DNA of 64,000 nt from Felis catus (lineage: Eukaryota): contig NC_058373.1 in the NCBI RefSeq assembly GCF_018350175.1, positions 116,500,001 to 116,564,000 on the forward strand, given 5' to 3'. Below, in pieces: positions 35,490-48,841 of this stretch; the stretch's first letter is position 1; every line of letters begins with the position of its first letter. The notes under the pieces were generated by a model. It was not told the origin of the DNA and did no database searches. It saw only the letters and a list, made by a program, of their open reading frames with translations. Position numbers and translations under genes: made by a program.

Positions 35490-37135
35490 CTGTCGTAAAA
35501 AAACATGTGACACAGTTGACCATCTTAACCATTTTTAAGTGTGAAGTACATTCGTGTTCTGAAGCAGATCTTCAGAACTTTCTCATCTTGCCAATCTGAA
35601 ACTACACCCATGAAATGGTTCCCCTCTCCCTTTCCCCTTATCCCTCGCCACTGCCATTCTACTTTCTGTTTCTGTGACTCTGTCTGCTGTAGATACCTCA
35701 CATAAGTGGAATCATGCGGTATTTGTTTTTTTTGTGACTGGCTTATTTCACTTAGCATAAAGTCTTCAAGGTTTATACGTGTTGGCATATAACAGGATTT
35801 CCTTCCTTTGAGGCTGAATAATATTCCGTGCTGTGTATATACCATATTTTGTTTATCTACTCATCCATTTATTGACGTTCTGGTTGCTTCCACCTCTTGG
35901 CTACTGTGGATAATGCTGGTATGAACATGGGTGTACAAATGTATCTTTCAGGCCTTGCTTTCAGTCCTTTTGAATATACACACAAGTGGGATTGCTGGAT
36001 CAGATGGTAGTTCTATTTTGAAATTTTTTAGTAATCTCCATACTAGTTTCATAGTAGTTGTAAAACCGCAGTGGTTTTACACTCCCACCAGCAGTGTATG
36101 AAGGTTCCAGTGTCTCCACATCCTTGTCAGCACTTGTTATTTTCTTTTTTTTTCCATAGTAGTCATCCTAAGAGTGTGAGGTGGGTATCTCATTGTGGTT
36201 TTGATTTGCATTTCTCTGATAAATGATGTTGAGCGTCTTTCATATGCTTGTTGGCTATTTGTATATCATCTCTGGAGAAATGTCTATTCAAATCCTTTGC
36301 CCATTTTTCAATGGGGTTATTTGACTTTTTGTTGTTGGGTCGTAGGAGTCCTTTATATATTCTGGGTATTAACCCCTTATCAGATATATGATTTGCCTGT
36401 ATTTCCTCCTATTCTGTGGGTTGCCTTTTCTTTTTTTTTTTTTAAATTTTTTTTTTCAACGTTTATTTATTTTTGGGATAGAGAGAGACAGAGCATGAAC
36501 GGGGGAGGGGCAGAGAGAGAGGGAGACACAGAATTGGAAACAGGCTCCAGGCTCTGAGCCATCAGCCCAGAGCCCGACGCGGGGCTCGAACTCACGGACC
36601 GCGAGATCGTGACCTGGCTGAAGTCGGACGCCCAACCGACTGCGCCACCCAGGCGCCCCTGTGGGTTGCCTTTTCACTATGTTGATTGTATCCTTTGATG
36701 CACAAAAGTTTTAAAAATTTGTCTATTTTTCCTTTTGTTGCCTGTGCTTTTGGCATCATATCCAAGAAGTTATCGCTAAGACCAGTGTCGTGAAACTTCC
36801 TTCCTATGTTTTCTTCTAGAAGCTTTATAGTTTCAGTTCTTATGTTTAGGTCTTTAATCCATTTTGAGTTAATTTTTGTGTATGGTATAAGATGAGGGTC
36901 CAACTTAATTCTTTTGCGTATGGATATCCAGTTCTCTCTCTCAACACTATTTGTTGAAGAGATTGTCCTTTCCTCATCGAATGGTCTTGGCTCCCTTGTT
37001 GAAGATCAGTTGACCATTTACACAAGGGTTTATTTCTGGGCTGTCTACTCTCTTGGTCTGTTTGTTTGTCTTTATGCCAGCACCAGAACTGTCTTGATTA
37101 TATTAGCTTTGCAGTATATTAAAATCAGGAAGTGT
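35490..37135 (-). mobile_element. Truncated old L1 (L1MB-like; ORF2 3' end plus 3' UTR)
   Basis: Minus-strand ORF remnants [30 protein letters not shown] and NLEDFMLSEISQSQK, broken by stops and frameshifts. Confidence 0.92.
36431..36659 (-). mobile_element. Young SINEC_Fc inside L1
   Basis: 16-bp TSD tgtgggttgccttttc at 36415-36430 and 36660-36675. Confidence 0.96.
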
Positions 37136-37521
37136 GAATGTCATTTTTAATTTATGCCATTCTAGGTGTTAAGTAATGGAGAATAGAGAAGTCAACAATG
37201 GAGAAAACAATTTGTAGAATTTTTCATTTTTTTGAGGGGATTAGACGCACTTAAAGAATGAAGTAAAGTGATTTAAATGGTAGAATGTATGCAAGGCTAT
37301 CAGCTGGCAACTCGTATAGCAAGAGCTGTGTGTCTAGTACTTCCTGGTTTACAAAGTTATTCACAGATACCTAGGCCATTGGCTTGGGAAAGTTTCAAAA
37401 GGCGATGGACCTTGAATTGATCTTGAAGATTGGATGTGTGTCCCCCTGGATCAGTTGTATCAGTGTTATAAGGGAAGCCTCTAGTGGTAATCTCAAGATT
37501 TTCAGGGGTATCAATTGTTAA

Positions 37522-37740
37522 ATTTTTTTTTAATGTTTATTTATTTTTGACAGAGAGAGAGAGAGAGAGACAGAGCATGAGTGGGGGAGGGGCAGAGAGA
37601 GGGAGACACAGAATCCGAAGCAGGCTCCAGGCTCCAAGCTGTCAGCACAGAGCCCGATGAGGGGCTCGAACCCACGGACCACGAGATCATGACCTGAGCC
37701 GAAATTGGACGCTCAACTGACTGAGCCACCCAGGCGCCCC
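37522..37740 (-). mobile_element. Can-SINE
   Basis: Imperfect TSD tcag(g/t)ggtatcaatt(g/a)tta. Confidence 0.94.
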
Positions 37741-38822
37741 TCAGTGGTATCAATTATTATAAGAACTGTCACGGTGGCATTTTTTTCCTTGACACTATCT
37801 TTTCCTATTCTAGGTCACTTGATTCTGATTTTCCACATCTGCTTATTGAATAGTGGTAGACCACATACAAAGATAGAATACTTAGCCACAGCACTGTTTT
37901 CTTTTCTGGGATGTGCAAAGAACAAAAAACTAACCTGGCTCGGTTGCACAGGATGAACTGAATGAGAGAGCTTGGAACCAGAATAGCAAATTAAGTGACC
38001 GTTTTAGTAAGTAATTTAGGCTACTTAAGTCATACTTTGTTATCTTGACAAAACTGTGAGGATAGTTTTGGTTGAGTGTCTTACTTGAGGGGCCATTGGT
38101 AGAATTGCTGTGGAGGAAAATGTAGTGTGTTTGCACTTAGTAGGCCTGAAGTAAAGATTTGTTCGGTGGTGACCAAATGAATTTATGTCTACATGGGTGA
38201 ATCTCTGAGGAGTAACTTACTCACTTATCCTGTATTTATTGACTCCCACTATAATGCCAGGGGCTAGTGGCTGCTTGTGGTGACAAAAGAATGTCTGATT
38301 CCTGCTCTCTTGTGGCTGATAACTCTTCTAGTGATTGATAAGGTCCTTTTCAGCGTTCTGTTCCTCCTCTGGCTGATTTTTCTTTTAGTCAGAGGCCACC
38401 TGTTTTACCGCTGATGCAAAACAATTGTAGTTACTTATTATGAAAATAGTCCTGTGTTAAATATTCTTTGTATAGAAGAAGAAAGAAACCCTAGACAGTT
38501 CTGCCTTTTCGGTTTCCAAGGAGATAGGTCTTGGCAACATTTATTTTATCAAGTGCTTTTCTAAGTGACAGAACTAATGAATTTTAGGCTCAAATGAGTT
38601 TTGGTTAAGTTTTTCCTGAGGACCCAGATAAGGTTTTCAAATCTTGGTTTCCTCTACTTTCACATCTGTTCCAAAAGAATCTAGAAACCTAGTTTTGGTT
38701 AATCTGGATTTTTCCATTAACTGTCTGACCTTAAAAGAGTTATATACCCTTTTTGGATCTTTGTTTTTTCACTCATTCAACACATTTTAATTGTTCGCTT
38801 ATTACATACCACGTATCTTTTC

Positions 38823-39053
38823 TTTTTTTTTTTTTTTTAATTTTTTTTTTTTTCCAACGTTTATTTATTTTTGGGACAGAGACAGAGCATGAACGGGGGA
38901 GGGGCAGAGAGAGAGGGAGACACAGAATCGGAAACAGGCTCCAGGCTCTGAGCCATCAGCCCAGAGCCCGACGCGGGGCTCGAACTCACAGACCGTGAGA
39001 TCGTGACCTGGCTGAAGTCGGACGCTTAACCGACTGCGCCACCCAGGCGCCCC
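38823..39053 (-). mobile_element. Young SINEC_Fc
   Basis: TSD acgtatcttttc at 38811-38822 and 39054-39065; long T tract. Confidence 0.96.
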
Positions 39054-39781
39054 ACGTATCTTTTCATTTGTAAGAGGAAGAAGGTTGAGGATTGGATTAA
39101 GTTTCCTTTAAGGCCAACTGTTAAAATTCTGTGAATTTATTTTTGTGATTTAGGAGATTTAAGGCTTTTTACAGATAGTAGGAATGTTTTTCAAAGAACT
39201 AAAGAAAGAAGTTCAGAGAATTTGTTTTTAACTCTAAAACATTTTAGTGAGAAACTTCTGTAATGGTGGATAATTTTAGCATTAGTTTCACTCTGATCTG
39301 AAAACAATCAACATTTTAACTTCACTCTGAGAGTCCTTATAATTTTGGTAGGAGACAATTCTGAATCTAACTTTTCTGCTGTTACTTGTAATACCCTAGA
39401 AACTTAATTCCTGTTTCAGAAGATTGATATGATGCCAGTGTGGGAGATTTGGAAATGCTTATCACCCTTTTTCTAGGTGCTTGGATCCGAGTCTTTTAAA
39501 GTCCTTGTCATTTACGTGCATGGTAGTCTTGAGATGCGGTGCCGTCACGTTACTGAATGTAGAAAGTCACACTGACAATCTGGTTACCAGTGCTGTGATA
39601 ATTAAGCTGTCAATTGTCCCATGTTACCAAATATGTAATATTCACATAACCTAGTGTGAGATTTCATGGCTTTATAAAATGATATTTTCTTACGAATTTG
39701 TTGTTAGAAATTGAACATGGTATTGATTATGTATGATAGGATTCAGTTATTCAAAGTAAGATTTAAGAATTTCTTCCCCTG

Positions 39782-39985
39782 GGGGTGCCTGGGTGGCTCA
39801 GTTGGTTGAGTGTCCATCTCTTGATTTCATGATTGATGATTTCAGTCATGATGATCATGATTTTCATGATCCCAGGGTCATGGGGTCAAGCCCCACATCG
39901 GGCTCTGTGCTCAGTGTGGAGCCCGCTTCAGACTCACTCTCTCTCTCTCTCTCTCTGTCTCCGCCCCCCCCCCCCCCACCTTGTG

Positions 39986-40020
<35 letters not shown>

Positions 40021-40037
40021 AAAAAAAATAAAAAAAA
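39782..40037 (+). mobile_element. Can-SINE with internal CATGAT-rich expansion
   Basis: TSD aagaatttcttccc at 39765-39778 and 40038-40051. Confidence 0.92.
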
Positions 40038-40234
40038 AAGAATTTCTTCCCATGTGCATTATTTGCTGTTATAAATCTGGTCTCATTATTACTAAGAGCC
40101 CTGGAAGATTTGTGTAATCCTGGCTCTTGAATTTGGCCATTTTTCTTTTGTTTACTAGTCAGCATTATTCACTGAGCATCTTCTGGATGGCAGATACTGT
40201 TTCATCCTATATATACAATAATGAACCACTCTGG

Positions 40235-40650
40235 GTGAGATGGGAAGCCACCAGAGGGTTTTCTAAAAGGGTTTCATCTGACGTATTTTTGAAGCAAACA
40301 ACTTGGTTATGTAGAGAATAGAATAAAGTATGTATGTTGGGGGGACTAAGGTGGAAGCGGGGGGATTTCTGGGGGTTCTAGCAATAATCTGGGTCAGATA
40401 CGATGATAGCAGTGGAGGTGATGAGAAGCGACTGGATCCTGGACATATCTCAGGTGGGGCTGATGTGATTCCCTGAAGGGTGTGATGAGGTAGCATGGTA
40501 GAAGGAGTGGAGTCAAGGATAACACCAGGGTTTTGGCCTCGGCAAGTGGAATAATTCATTGAAATGGGGAAGATGGAGGAACGGGGAGCTGAGAGCTGAT
40601 TTATATATGCTGGGTATGAGATCGCCGTTGACAAGCGAGGGGAGTCCATC
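40235..40650 (-). mobile_element. L2 fragment
   Basis: gggaagccaccagagggttttc..ggagtcaaggataacaccagggttttggcct. Confidence 0.75.
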
Positions 40651-41920
40651 TTTAGGAGTTCCGTTTCCTCGTCTGTGAAATGGGGAAAGTGTTTGCCCTT
40701 CTCAGAATTCTTGAGATCAAATGAGAAAAAAAAGTTAAAACTTCTAACGTTATGTCTTGTAATGGTGGTATTATTTCTGGCAAGTAGGCTGGTTACCATC
40801 TTAGATACTGTGTGGTCTCTTTTGAACTACGTAAGTCACAGGCCGTGGGCCAGAATGTATTGTGGAAAGTTGGCATTTGCCTTTCAAAGGCTGGTTTTCT
40901 TTCCCAAAAGATGGAACAGCTTTCTTTTTGATTCATTCTGTGAGTCCTGCGCAGCTTCTGGGAGAGTTTGGTATTTTGGTTCCCTTCAGGGTGTCCGAGA
41001 GCTTCATTATGCGCAGAGCCGCTGGAGTACCACACGGCGTGTGGCGCCAGACTTGCCCCTTAATAAACATAGCTGCAAGCCAAAGTGATGTTGTTTAGGT
41101 GGGAGGACGTTATGGTGGAAAAAACCCAGCTCTTTCCTTTCTCAGGGTCTTTATTATTTTAGGCTTTCCATGACTTGCATCAGTTAACAAGTAGGGTCTA
41201 AGAGGTCACATTCATTAGAGAGACCACTGTCCGTGTTACTTGATTCAGAAAACCTATTTATACATTCCTAGGTGTTGGGATTGCTTAAAGCCTTGTTACA
41301 GGCAGGTAAAATATGTTAAATGTATATGTGAACCCGATAGATTAAAATTGAAGATCCAACTGAAAATGTTGGAAGCATCAGTCTTAGAGTTCAATCAGTG
41401 GTGTTTCAGCCTTACTAAATGTCCTTCTTTAGAGATTGCAGTAAATAGTTGTGTCCTTGAGATGTAGTATTTGCTGATGATCGATACCTTCCCAAAGGTT
41501 AGGTGTTGCTTTAGGAACGTCTTCAGTCCAGAGATGTAGGTGCTGGTTCTCAGCTCTTCTGATGCCCCAGGCAGCTTGAACAGAGGCACTACACTTTCCT
41601 CACTGCCCTTGTGGTTTGTTTCTTCTTTAGTCCACAGGATTTGGTTGGGCATCAGCTGGGGGCCCACTGCAGGTTATTCAGAGAGGAGAGAGGGGTGCCT
41701 TTGAGGGCCTGACACATGTAGTGAGTATAACTCTTGATGAATGACCGACAGTTGTTGGGAGCTGTAGCTAAATAAATATGCTAGATGTTCAGCGTAGAGA
41801 GAGCAGTGATGGCTTTAGTAATGAGGGAAGGCATCGGGAGAACAGGAACCCCTGGAAGGAATATAGCTTTGTTAGACTAAGATACATTTTAGAATTTTCC
41901 AAATTGCCTGATAGCTTTTT

Positions 41921-42134
41921 TTTTTTTTTTTCAACGTTTATTTATTTTTGGGACAGAGAGAGACAGAGCATGAACGGGGGAGGGGCAGAGAGAGAGGGAG
42001 ACACAGAATTGGAAACAGGCTCCAGGCTCCGCGCCATCAGCCCAGAGCCCGACACGGGGCTCGAACTCCCGGACCGCGAGATCGTGACCTGGCTGAAGTC
42101 GGACGCTTAACCGACTGCGCCACCCAGGCGCCCC
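41921..42134 (-). mobile_element. Young SINEC_Fc
   Basis: 15-bp TSD gcctgatagcttttt at 41906-41920 and 42135-42149. Confidence 0.96.
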
Positions 42135-42249
42135 GCCTGATAGCTTTTTGATTGAACTCAAGTCTCCTAATCATTTTTATTGGGGAGATGGGGTCTAAGT
42201 TTGTGAGGTCACAGTAATATGCACTCCTAAGTTTTTATGTTTTAATTTT

Positions 42250-42572
42250 TTTCTTTATGTAACACTTCTGTTGCGTTATAATTAGCTTATTATATGGGTC
42301 TCCCCTTTGAAGTGTACAAATCAGTTTTTAGTACATTTGTAGAATTGTGTTACCATCTCCATTAACAATTTTAGAATATCTTCATCATCCCACAAAGAAA
42401 CTCCAACCCCCTTTGCAGTCACTCCCTGTTTGTCCCCAGTCCCATCCCGCCTCCCTGCCCCCAGCCCTAGGCCATCACCGATCCACTTGGCATCTTTATA
42501 GGTTTACCCCCTCTGGATGTGTCCTGTAAATGGGCTCAGGCAATATGTGGGCTTTCATGGCTGACTTCTTTT
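42250..42572 (-). mobile_element. L1MB-like 3' UTR fragment
   Basis: aagtgtacaaatcagtttttagtacatt..aattttagaatatcttcatcatcccac..ccccagccctaggc. Confidence 0.75.
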
Positions 42573-43613
42573 GGCGTGCTCTACCACAACGTTTGAACTT
42601 GGGTGGTGATGTTACTTTTTGGGCTCAAAACCAGATACTCCTTGTCTGCTGGCACAGAAACTACAACCAGTGCTGGGACCAGAGAAAAGAGCAAAACCGT
42701 GAGCTGCCATGTGTGTTTCTGGAATGGGGATTGAACTTTGAAGCTTTCGTCGACAGGTCACCCTGCTCGCACTCAGTGCATGGGGCTGCACAGTTATCTT
42801 GCTTCTCCTTGAGCTCCTGCTTCTTCCTTGAGTTTTTCAAGTAGCTCTCCAAATGTCATCTCTGATTCTTTCCTTTCTTCTCTCTTTGGTCTGGTCTGTG
42901 ACCAAGCACCTCCATTTTTTTTTTTTCTTCTGTATTGATTCTTGTTTTCAGCTTTTCCTCTTTTAATTGCCACCATCTTAGGACAGACCCTTGACCTTCG
43001 TTTTGTATCTAGGTGGCTGTAGCAGACTCCTTTGTGAGCACCTTGCCTCATGCTGTTCTAGTCTCTAGGCCTTCTTATCTGCCTATCCTTTCTAAGGTAC
43101 CACCTAGGTACACTTGTCACCTCCAGGGAGCTAAAGTGTTTGCATTACCTTACTGTATCAGACTCACACTCTCCTATGTGCTTTTGTGACCTTTCTCTAG
43201 GGTCTCTCCTGCTTATCTGATTTCTTTGGCCTCTCCAGCAACTGTCTCTGCTTTCTCTTCTTCCCAACTGTTCCAACTCTCTTTGAGTCTTTGTTCATTT
43301 TCCATTTTAGTTCTATTCAATTCAAAAGACTACATTCCTCACCCATAGCTTTATCTCTCTTATCCCCTTCCCTGCATATCACACTCCTTATCATTATCTC
43401 CTCTCTCCTCTGATGCAATACCAGCCCCTGAGTTCCAGTTTTATCTGTGTCTTTCTCATTCTTCTGTGCCCACCTCCTTCTCTGACCTCTTCCTGGTTAG
43501 TGTAACTCACCTTGATTTCTCCCTTCTCTAATATGCTGTTGTACTGTGTTGTGTACTTATGGAGCTTAGCATCAAATAATTAATGGGTGATTCATCAAGA
43601 ATTTTAGCCTGGA

Positions 43614-43826
43614 GGGGCATCTGGGTGGCTCAGTCAGTTAAGCATCTGACTTTGGCTCAGGTCATGATCTCACAGTTCTTGAGTTCGAGTCCCACATCAG
43701 GCTCTGTGCTGACAGCTCAGAGCCTGGAGCCTGCTTCAGATTCTGTCTGTCTGTCTCTGTCTCTCTCTGGCCCTCCCCCGCTCACACTCTCTCTCTGAAA
43801 AATAAATAAACATTAAAAAAAAAAAA
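43614..43826 (+). mobile_element. Can-SINE
   Basis: TSD aagaattttagc(c/t)tgga. Confidence 0.94.
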
Positions 43827-46040
43827 AAGAATTTTAGCTTGGAGAAGACTTGGAAGGGATGTCATCCCTGTGAAAAGAGTTGAGGTCCATCATGCTGAAG
43901 GGGGAGAGATTACCTTTGTCTTCCCAGGCCTCATAGAGAGGGATGGGAGTAGACATTTGAATGAGCATCAGAAAGGACTTTGCTTGGGGTGTGACAGGCT
44001 GCATTCCCCTTGGCGTGCCTAGACTGGATCATTCTGGATGGGTCCTTGTAAAGGCCATTCAGATAGTTCATGTGCTTAAGGAGGTTGGTGGTTCTGTCTC
44101 AATGGAGTGTTAGAATCTTCTGGGGAGCATGCTAAATACATGGGTTCTCTGCACCTTGGACATTCAGATTGAGCAGTCTGTCAAGCCAGGCTTGGAAACT
44201 TTTGAGGCAGGTGACTTTTTTAGTCCTTGAGATCCTATGAGTGTCTCATTTGTTTAACAAATTTTTATTGCGTTCCTGCACTGTGCAGCAGTGTGAACTT
44301 GTGGGTTTTGTCTTCATGGGACATAGAATTGAGGGGGCAATGCAGATAGACAGGTGAAAACATGTAATTTCTCCTTGGGTAGATGGAGATCCTTGGAGGA
44401 TAGGGACCATTCCTCATTTTGTGTGTTTATTTGCTCCAGAGGAATGGGCACATTGGCATTCATTCTTGGGTGGCAAACTGATTAACCTACTGTTGCCTGA
44501 TTTATTCCCTGTTATAAGTCTTGTTACTGTGTTTTTTATCCAATTGTTTTCAGACACCTTAATTTCTTGGTTGAAAAGGAGCCACTCTCTTTTCGATTGT
44601 TTCATGGCAGGCTCGGCCTTTGGATTTTGTTGCTTCCTAGTTATAAAATTTACAAAGACTACCACGTACTTAGTGCCCAGTGTGCCAGACCCTTCATGTC
44701 ACATCACTGCTAATCTTTATAGCAAGCCTGAAGATAGACATTAGGACTCCACGAGTGGGAGCCAAGCTGTTGAGTTCCTGTGATAAACCTTCTTCCTACA
44801 TGAACATACATTGCAGCAGCCACTGAGTTGGGAAATGCAGTCACCTGTTGCAGCCATGTTCTGGCTGTGTGCATAGAACACATTTTATTGTTGGAAATGC
44901 TGCAAAGCCTGTCTGTGTAATAGGGTAGTGTGACCATCACCCTGTTTTAAACACTGTCCACGCTGGTGATAGAGGCTCTCCATCCATTTCTCCAGTGAAA
45001 GGCTTCTTGCTGGTAGAATTTTTAAGCACAGTGTGTAGTTTATCTCTTGTCTGTGTTGTGCTGCAGTGGAGAGTTAGAAACTGTTTTTTATCTCCAGTGA
45101 TGATCTGGGTTTCCCAGAACTGGCCTGTGACCCATTTGGGCCATTTCTTTTCCTGTATCTGTTGTAGGACTTTGGCCTGTCAAGGTGACCTCTACAGTGC
45201 TCAGCTAATAATGGTCATAAATACCTTTTGCTGAATTCTACCAATGAATAGGTTCTTTGTTTAGATCATCTTATTTTATCCTTGTGGAATTCCTGTGGAA
45301 TAGGTATGATCAACAGACGGCAAAGCTGAGAAAGGTTAAGTAACTTGCCTCACTTTCAGACCCTTAACCTTTTTGTGTCTTTCCGGAGACTCAGGCATGG
45401 TTATGCGCAGGCATTCCCCCATTTCTTTTAATTTCTCTCACCTCCTCCTGTTGTTGGTGTCACTAAGAAAAATTAGGTGGTAGGTGAATGAACTTTTAGG
45501 AGGTGCATCTGAGCAAGTATGTCAGACTCCTCGAGAAAAATTCTTGGATAATATATTTAATTTTCTCCCTTCCATTGGAGTCAAGCTAATGGTTGTTGAG
45601 TGTTCTCTCTGGCCTGCTGAACTTACTAAGATGTAGGAAACAGCCTCGTACAGGGCTCACACCTGCGAGAGAAGTTCAAGGACCAGGGTTGCAAATGTGT
45701 CTAGTGCAAAAAGCTAGATGAAATGTAAATATTTATGGTGATGCTGAAATAAATAATAAATCTTCACAGAATTCTTAATAATGACAGAATTATTTCCTAG
45801 TAAGAACATTTTCACTTTACTTCCCAACTGAAGGCAAGACAGGAAACGTGAGAAATGTATTTTCTGGCTGAAATGCTTTCAGTCTCATCTTGGAGCATGG
45901 GTTCTGCTGTGACATTGTCATCCTGTCGTTGATTTCCACCTATTGCCCTAAAATTATCATACTCTGATCAAGTCAGCATCTGCTTTGTTTTGAAGTAAGT
46001 GCCTTTTAAGAGCCAGGAGGCATATTAGCAATATACAGAT

Positions 46041-46256
46041 TTTTTTTTTAACGTTTATTTATTTTTGAGAAAGAGAGAGAGGCACAGCATGAGTGGGGGA
46101 GGGGCAGAGAGAGAGAGGGAGACATAGAATCCAAAGCAGGCTCCAGGCTCTGGGCTGTCAGCACAGAGGCTCACTTGGGGCTTGAACTCACAAACCAGGA
46201 GATCATGACATGAGCCGAAATTGGACACTCAACCAACTGAGCCAGCCAGGCGCCCC
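46041..46256 (-). mobile_element. Can-SINE
   Basis: 14-bp TSD agcaatatacagat at 46027-46040 and 46257-46270. Confidence 0.95.
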
Positions 46257-48104
46257 AGCAATATACAGATGTATAAAGAGAGGTTAATAAAACTGAAGTT
46301 TATTGAAAATACAAAAACAGGTGTAAGGTCGGTCCTGGCAATCAAGTGCGCTTCTAGGAAACACACATTCAATTGATCAGACAGAATTGAAGTCACTAAT
46401 AAAAGGAAATTTAGTTAACTTAGGTCATGGTAAAAAGGAAAACATTTTTATCACCTTAAATTTTCTATTGACTTGTGAACATTGTATGTTTATTGAATCC
46501 AATGTACTGTTCTTTAAATTTTATGTTCAGGTCCTTTTTCCAAATCAAACATTTGAGACTTCTCTTCCATGTTAAATCAGTCCTCAAAGTTTTCTGCTTT
46601 GGTGTATTAGATAAGGATTTTTGGTGGAGGGATAACATTGCTGGGGTGGTTTTATCTTAATCCCCTGTTTGCTTTAGTATTTAGGTTTATTATTTAATCT
46701 TAAGAACAAAGATTAATTTTAAAGAGTGTTCCTCAACTTTGGTAGCTGAGCTGGGCTTCGGTGTGCCCTCTAAGTGGGGCCCAGAGCCCGGGGGTTATTT
46801 TAATGAACTCCTGGGCGTCGTTTAGAGCTGGACGCACAAGGTCTTAAGCTCTGTTCACTACCCTGTTCTCGGTTTACCCCTGCAACAGTGAGTCGCCTCA
46901 GTAGTTCACCTTGTCTGTGGGTCACATGCTTTTCATGTCCGACTGCTTTGGGTTTTTGAAAGCTACCTTTTTAATAATATATAACTATGATAATCCAAGT
47001 TCATTAAAGACATACCACATCCATACCTTGGTCTACCCACCAGCTGTTAACAAAGTCCATTTCTAAATAGTACCCAAATATTCATCAGGCACTCGACAGA
47101 TACTGAGCTGTTTTGTGTCAGGTACTGACTGCTGTGGCGGAGGTCCTGTGTTGAGTATTGTGCAGATAATTTAGCAGACCTGTTCTCTAGATGCTTCCAG
47201 CTCGTTGGGGAAGTCGGGAAGAAGGGAGGAAGATGTCCAGTAGCAGACAAAGGAAATCATTTAAATATATTGGCTTTTCTCTTCTCTTCTGGCTTTGTAT
47301 TGTGAAAGTATTGCATAAGGTTTTTTGGAAAATTTGGAAAATAGCAGAAAACATGAAGAAAAAGAAGAAAGTCCTCCACCCTTTTACCACCCAGTATAAC
47401 TAACCACGGTTAATGTTTTCATGTTCCCTATCTTGTAAAAATGGCTTCTGAAAACAAGGAACCAGCGATTGTCCAGTAATCTGAAGGTGAAATCTGACAG
47501 GGGGAAGGAAGAGGCCCTGGGAAAACTGCAGCATTTTCTGCCATGGGCAGCGTGACATCAGCCTTGGGGGCAGCAGCAGCCTTGGGTGGGGGGGTGTCTG
47601 GATTCCTCTGGAAGAACACGCTGGGAAACAAAACCAAGAGCAGCTTTGACCTCAGATTTCTCTGTGAATAGTTTCTGAGTTACAAGTGAGTTGTGTCCTA
47701 AAACTTTGTAAGGTGGGATTTGGCATTCTAGATGTTCTTCTCAAATGTTAATTTTATTTTAACCTGTTGCGTATGAGTAAGACAAAGCCTGCCCTCGAGG
47801 ACAGGGTGTGAGAGCTGATTTACAAGTTACGGTGCATTTTTTGAAAGTCTGTTTCGTACCAATACTTTTTTGGATATTATTGTCTCATTAATTTTCATAG
47901 CCAACATCTGAGGAAGGAATTGCCCTCATTTGTGCAGTTTAGATTTAGAATGTGGACACAGAGGCTAAGGTGCATTCCCGTGTTACACAGTGTTTCTTGG
48001 TAAGTGGTAGTGGCACATGTGGGCTTTGGGACTGGAGACCTGGTTTCCATCCTACCACAGTGACCTCAGGTGGTTCCTCAACCTCTTTCCTCTTCTTTAT
48101 TATT

Positions 48105-48323
48105 ATTATTATTATTTTTTTTTTCAACGTTTATTTTTTGGACAGAGAGAGACAGAGCGTGAACAGGGGAGGGGCAGAGAGAGAGGGAGACACAGAATCG
48201 GAAACAGGCTCCAGGCTCTGAGCCATCAGCCCAGAGCCCGACGCGGGGCTCGAACTCACGGACCGCGAGATCGTGACCTGGCTGAAGTCGGACGCTTAAC
48301 CGACTGCGCCACCCAGGCGCCCC
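48105..48323 (-). mobile_element. Young SINEC_Fc
   Basis: TSD ttctttattatt at 48093-48104 and 48324-48335. Confidence 0.95.
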
Positions 48324-48335
48324 TTCTTTATTATT

Positions 48336-48551
48336 TTTTAAAGTTTATTTATTTATTTTGAGAGCGAGAATGCGAGAGAGTACATGCGCAGTCTGGGAAG
48401 GGGCAGAAGGGAGAGGGAGTGAGAGTCCCCAGCAGGCTCCATGCTGTCAGCATAGAGCCTGATGCGGGGCTTGATCTCACGGACCATGGCATCATGACCT
48501 GAGCCGAAATCAAGAATCAAATGCCTAATCGACTGAGCCACCCAGGTGCCC
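48336..48551 (-). mobile_element. Older Can-SINE
   Basis: Diverged body ending gccacccaggtgccc. Confidence 0.92.
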
Positions 48552-48617
48552 TCCTCTTTTTTAAAAAGGGGACAGTGATGATGCTTAGCTCACAAGGTTA
48601 TTGTCAAGAAGAAATGA

Positions 48618-48841
48618 GGGGCGCCTGGGTGGCGCAGTCGGTTAAGCGTCCGACTTCAGCCAGGTCACGATCTCGCGGTCCGTGAGTTCGAGCCCCGCGT
48701 CGGGCTCTGGGCTGATGGCTCAGAGCCTGGAGCCTGTTTCCGATTCTGTGTCTCCCTCTCTCTCTGCCCCTCCCCCGTTCATGCTCTGTCTCTCTCTGTC
48801 CCAAAAATAAATAAATGTTGAAAAAAAAATATTTAAAAAAA
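48618..48841 (+). mobile_element. Young SINEC_Fc
   Basis: TSD aagaagaaatga at 48606-48617 and 48842-48853. Confidence 0.96.

Noticed and set aside
40263..41098. 178-aa and 137-aa ORFs as coding exons
   Set aside because: They partly overlap L2/MIR remnants, and show no recognisable protein similarity or supporting splice structure
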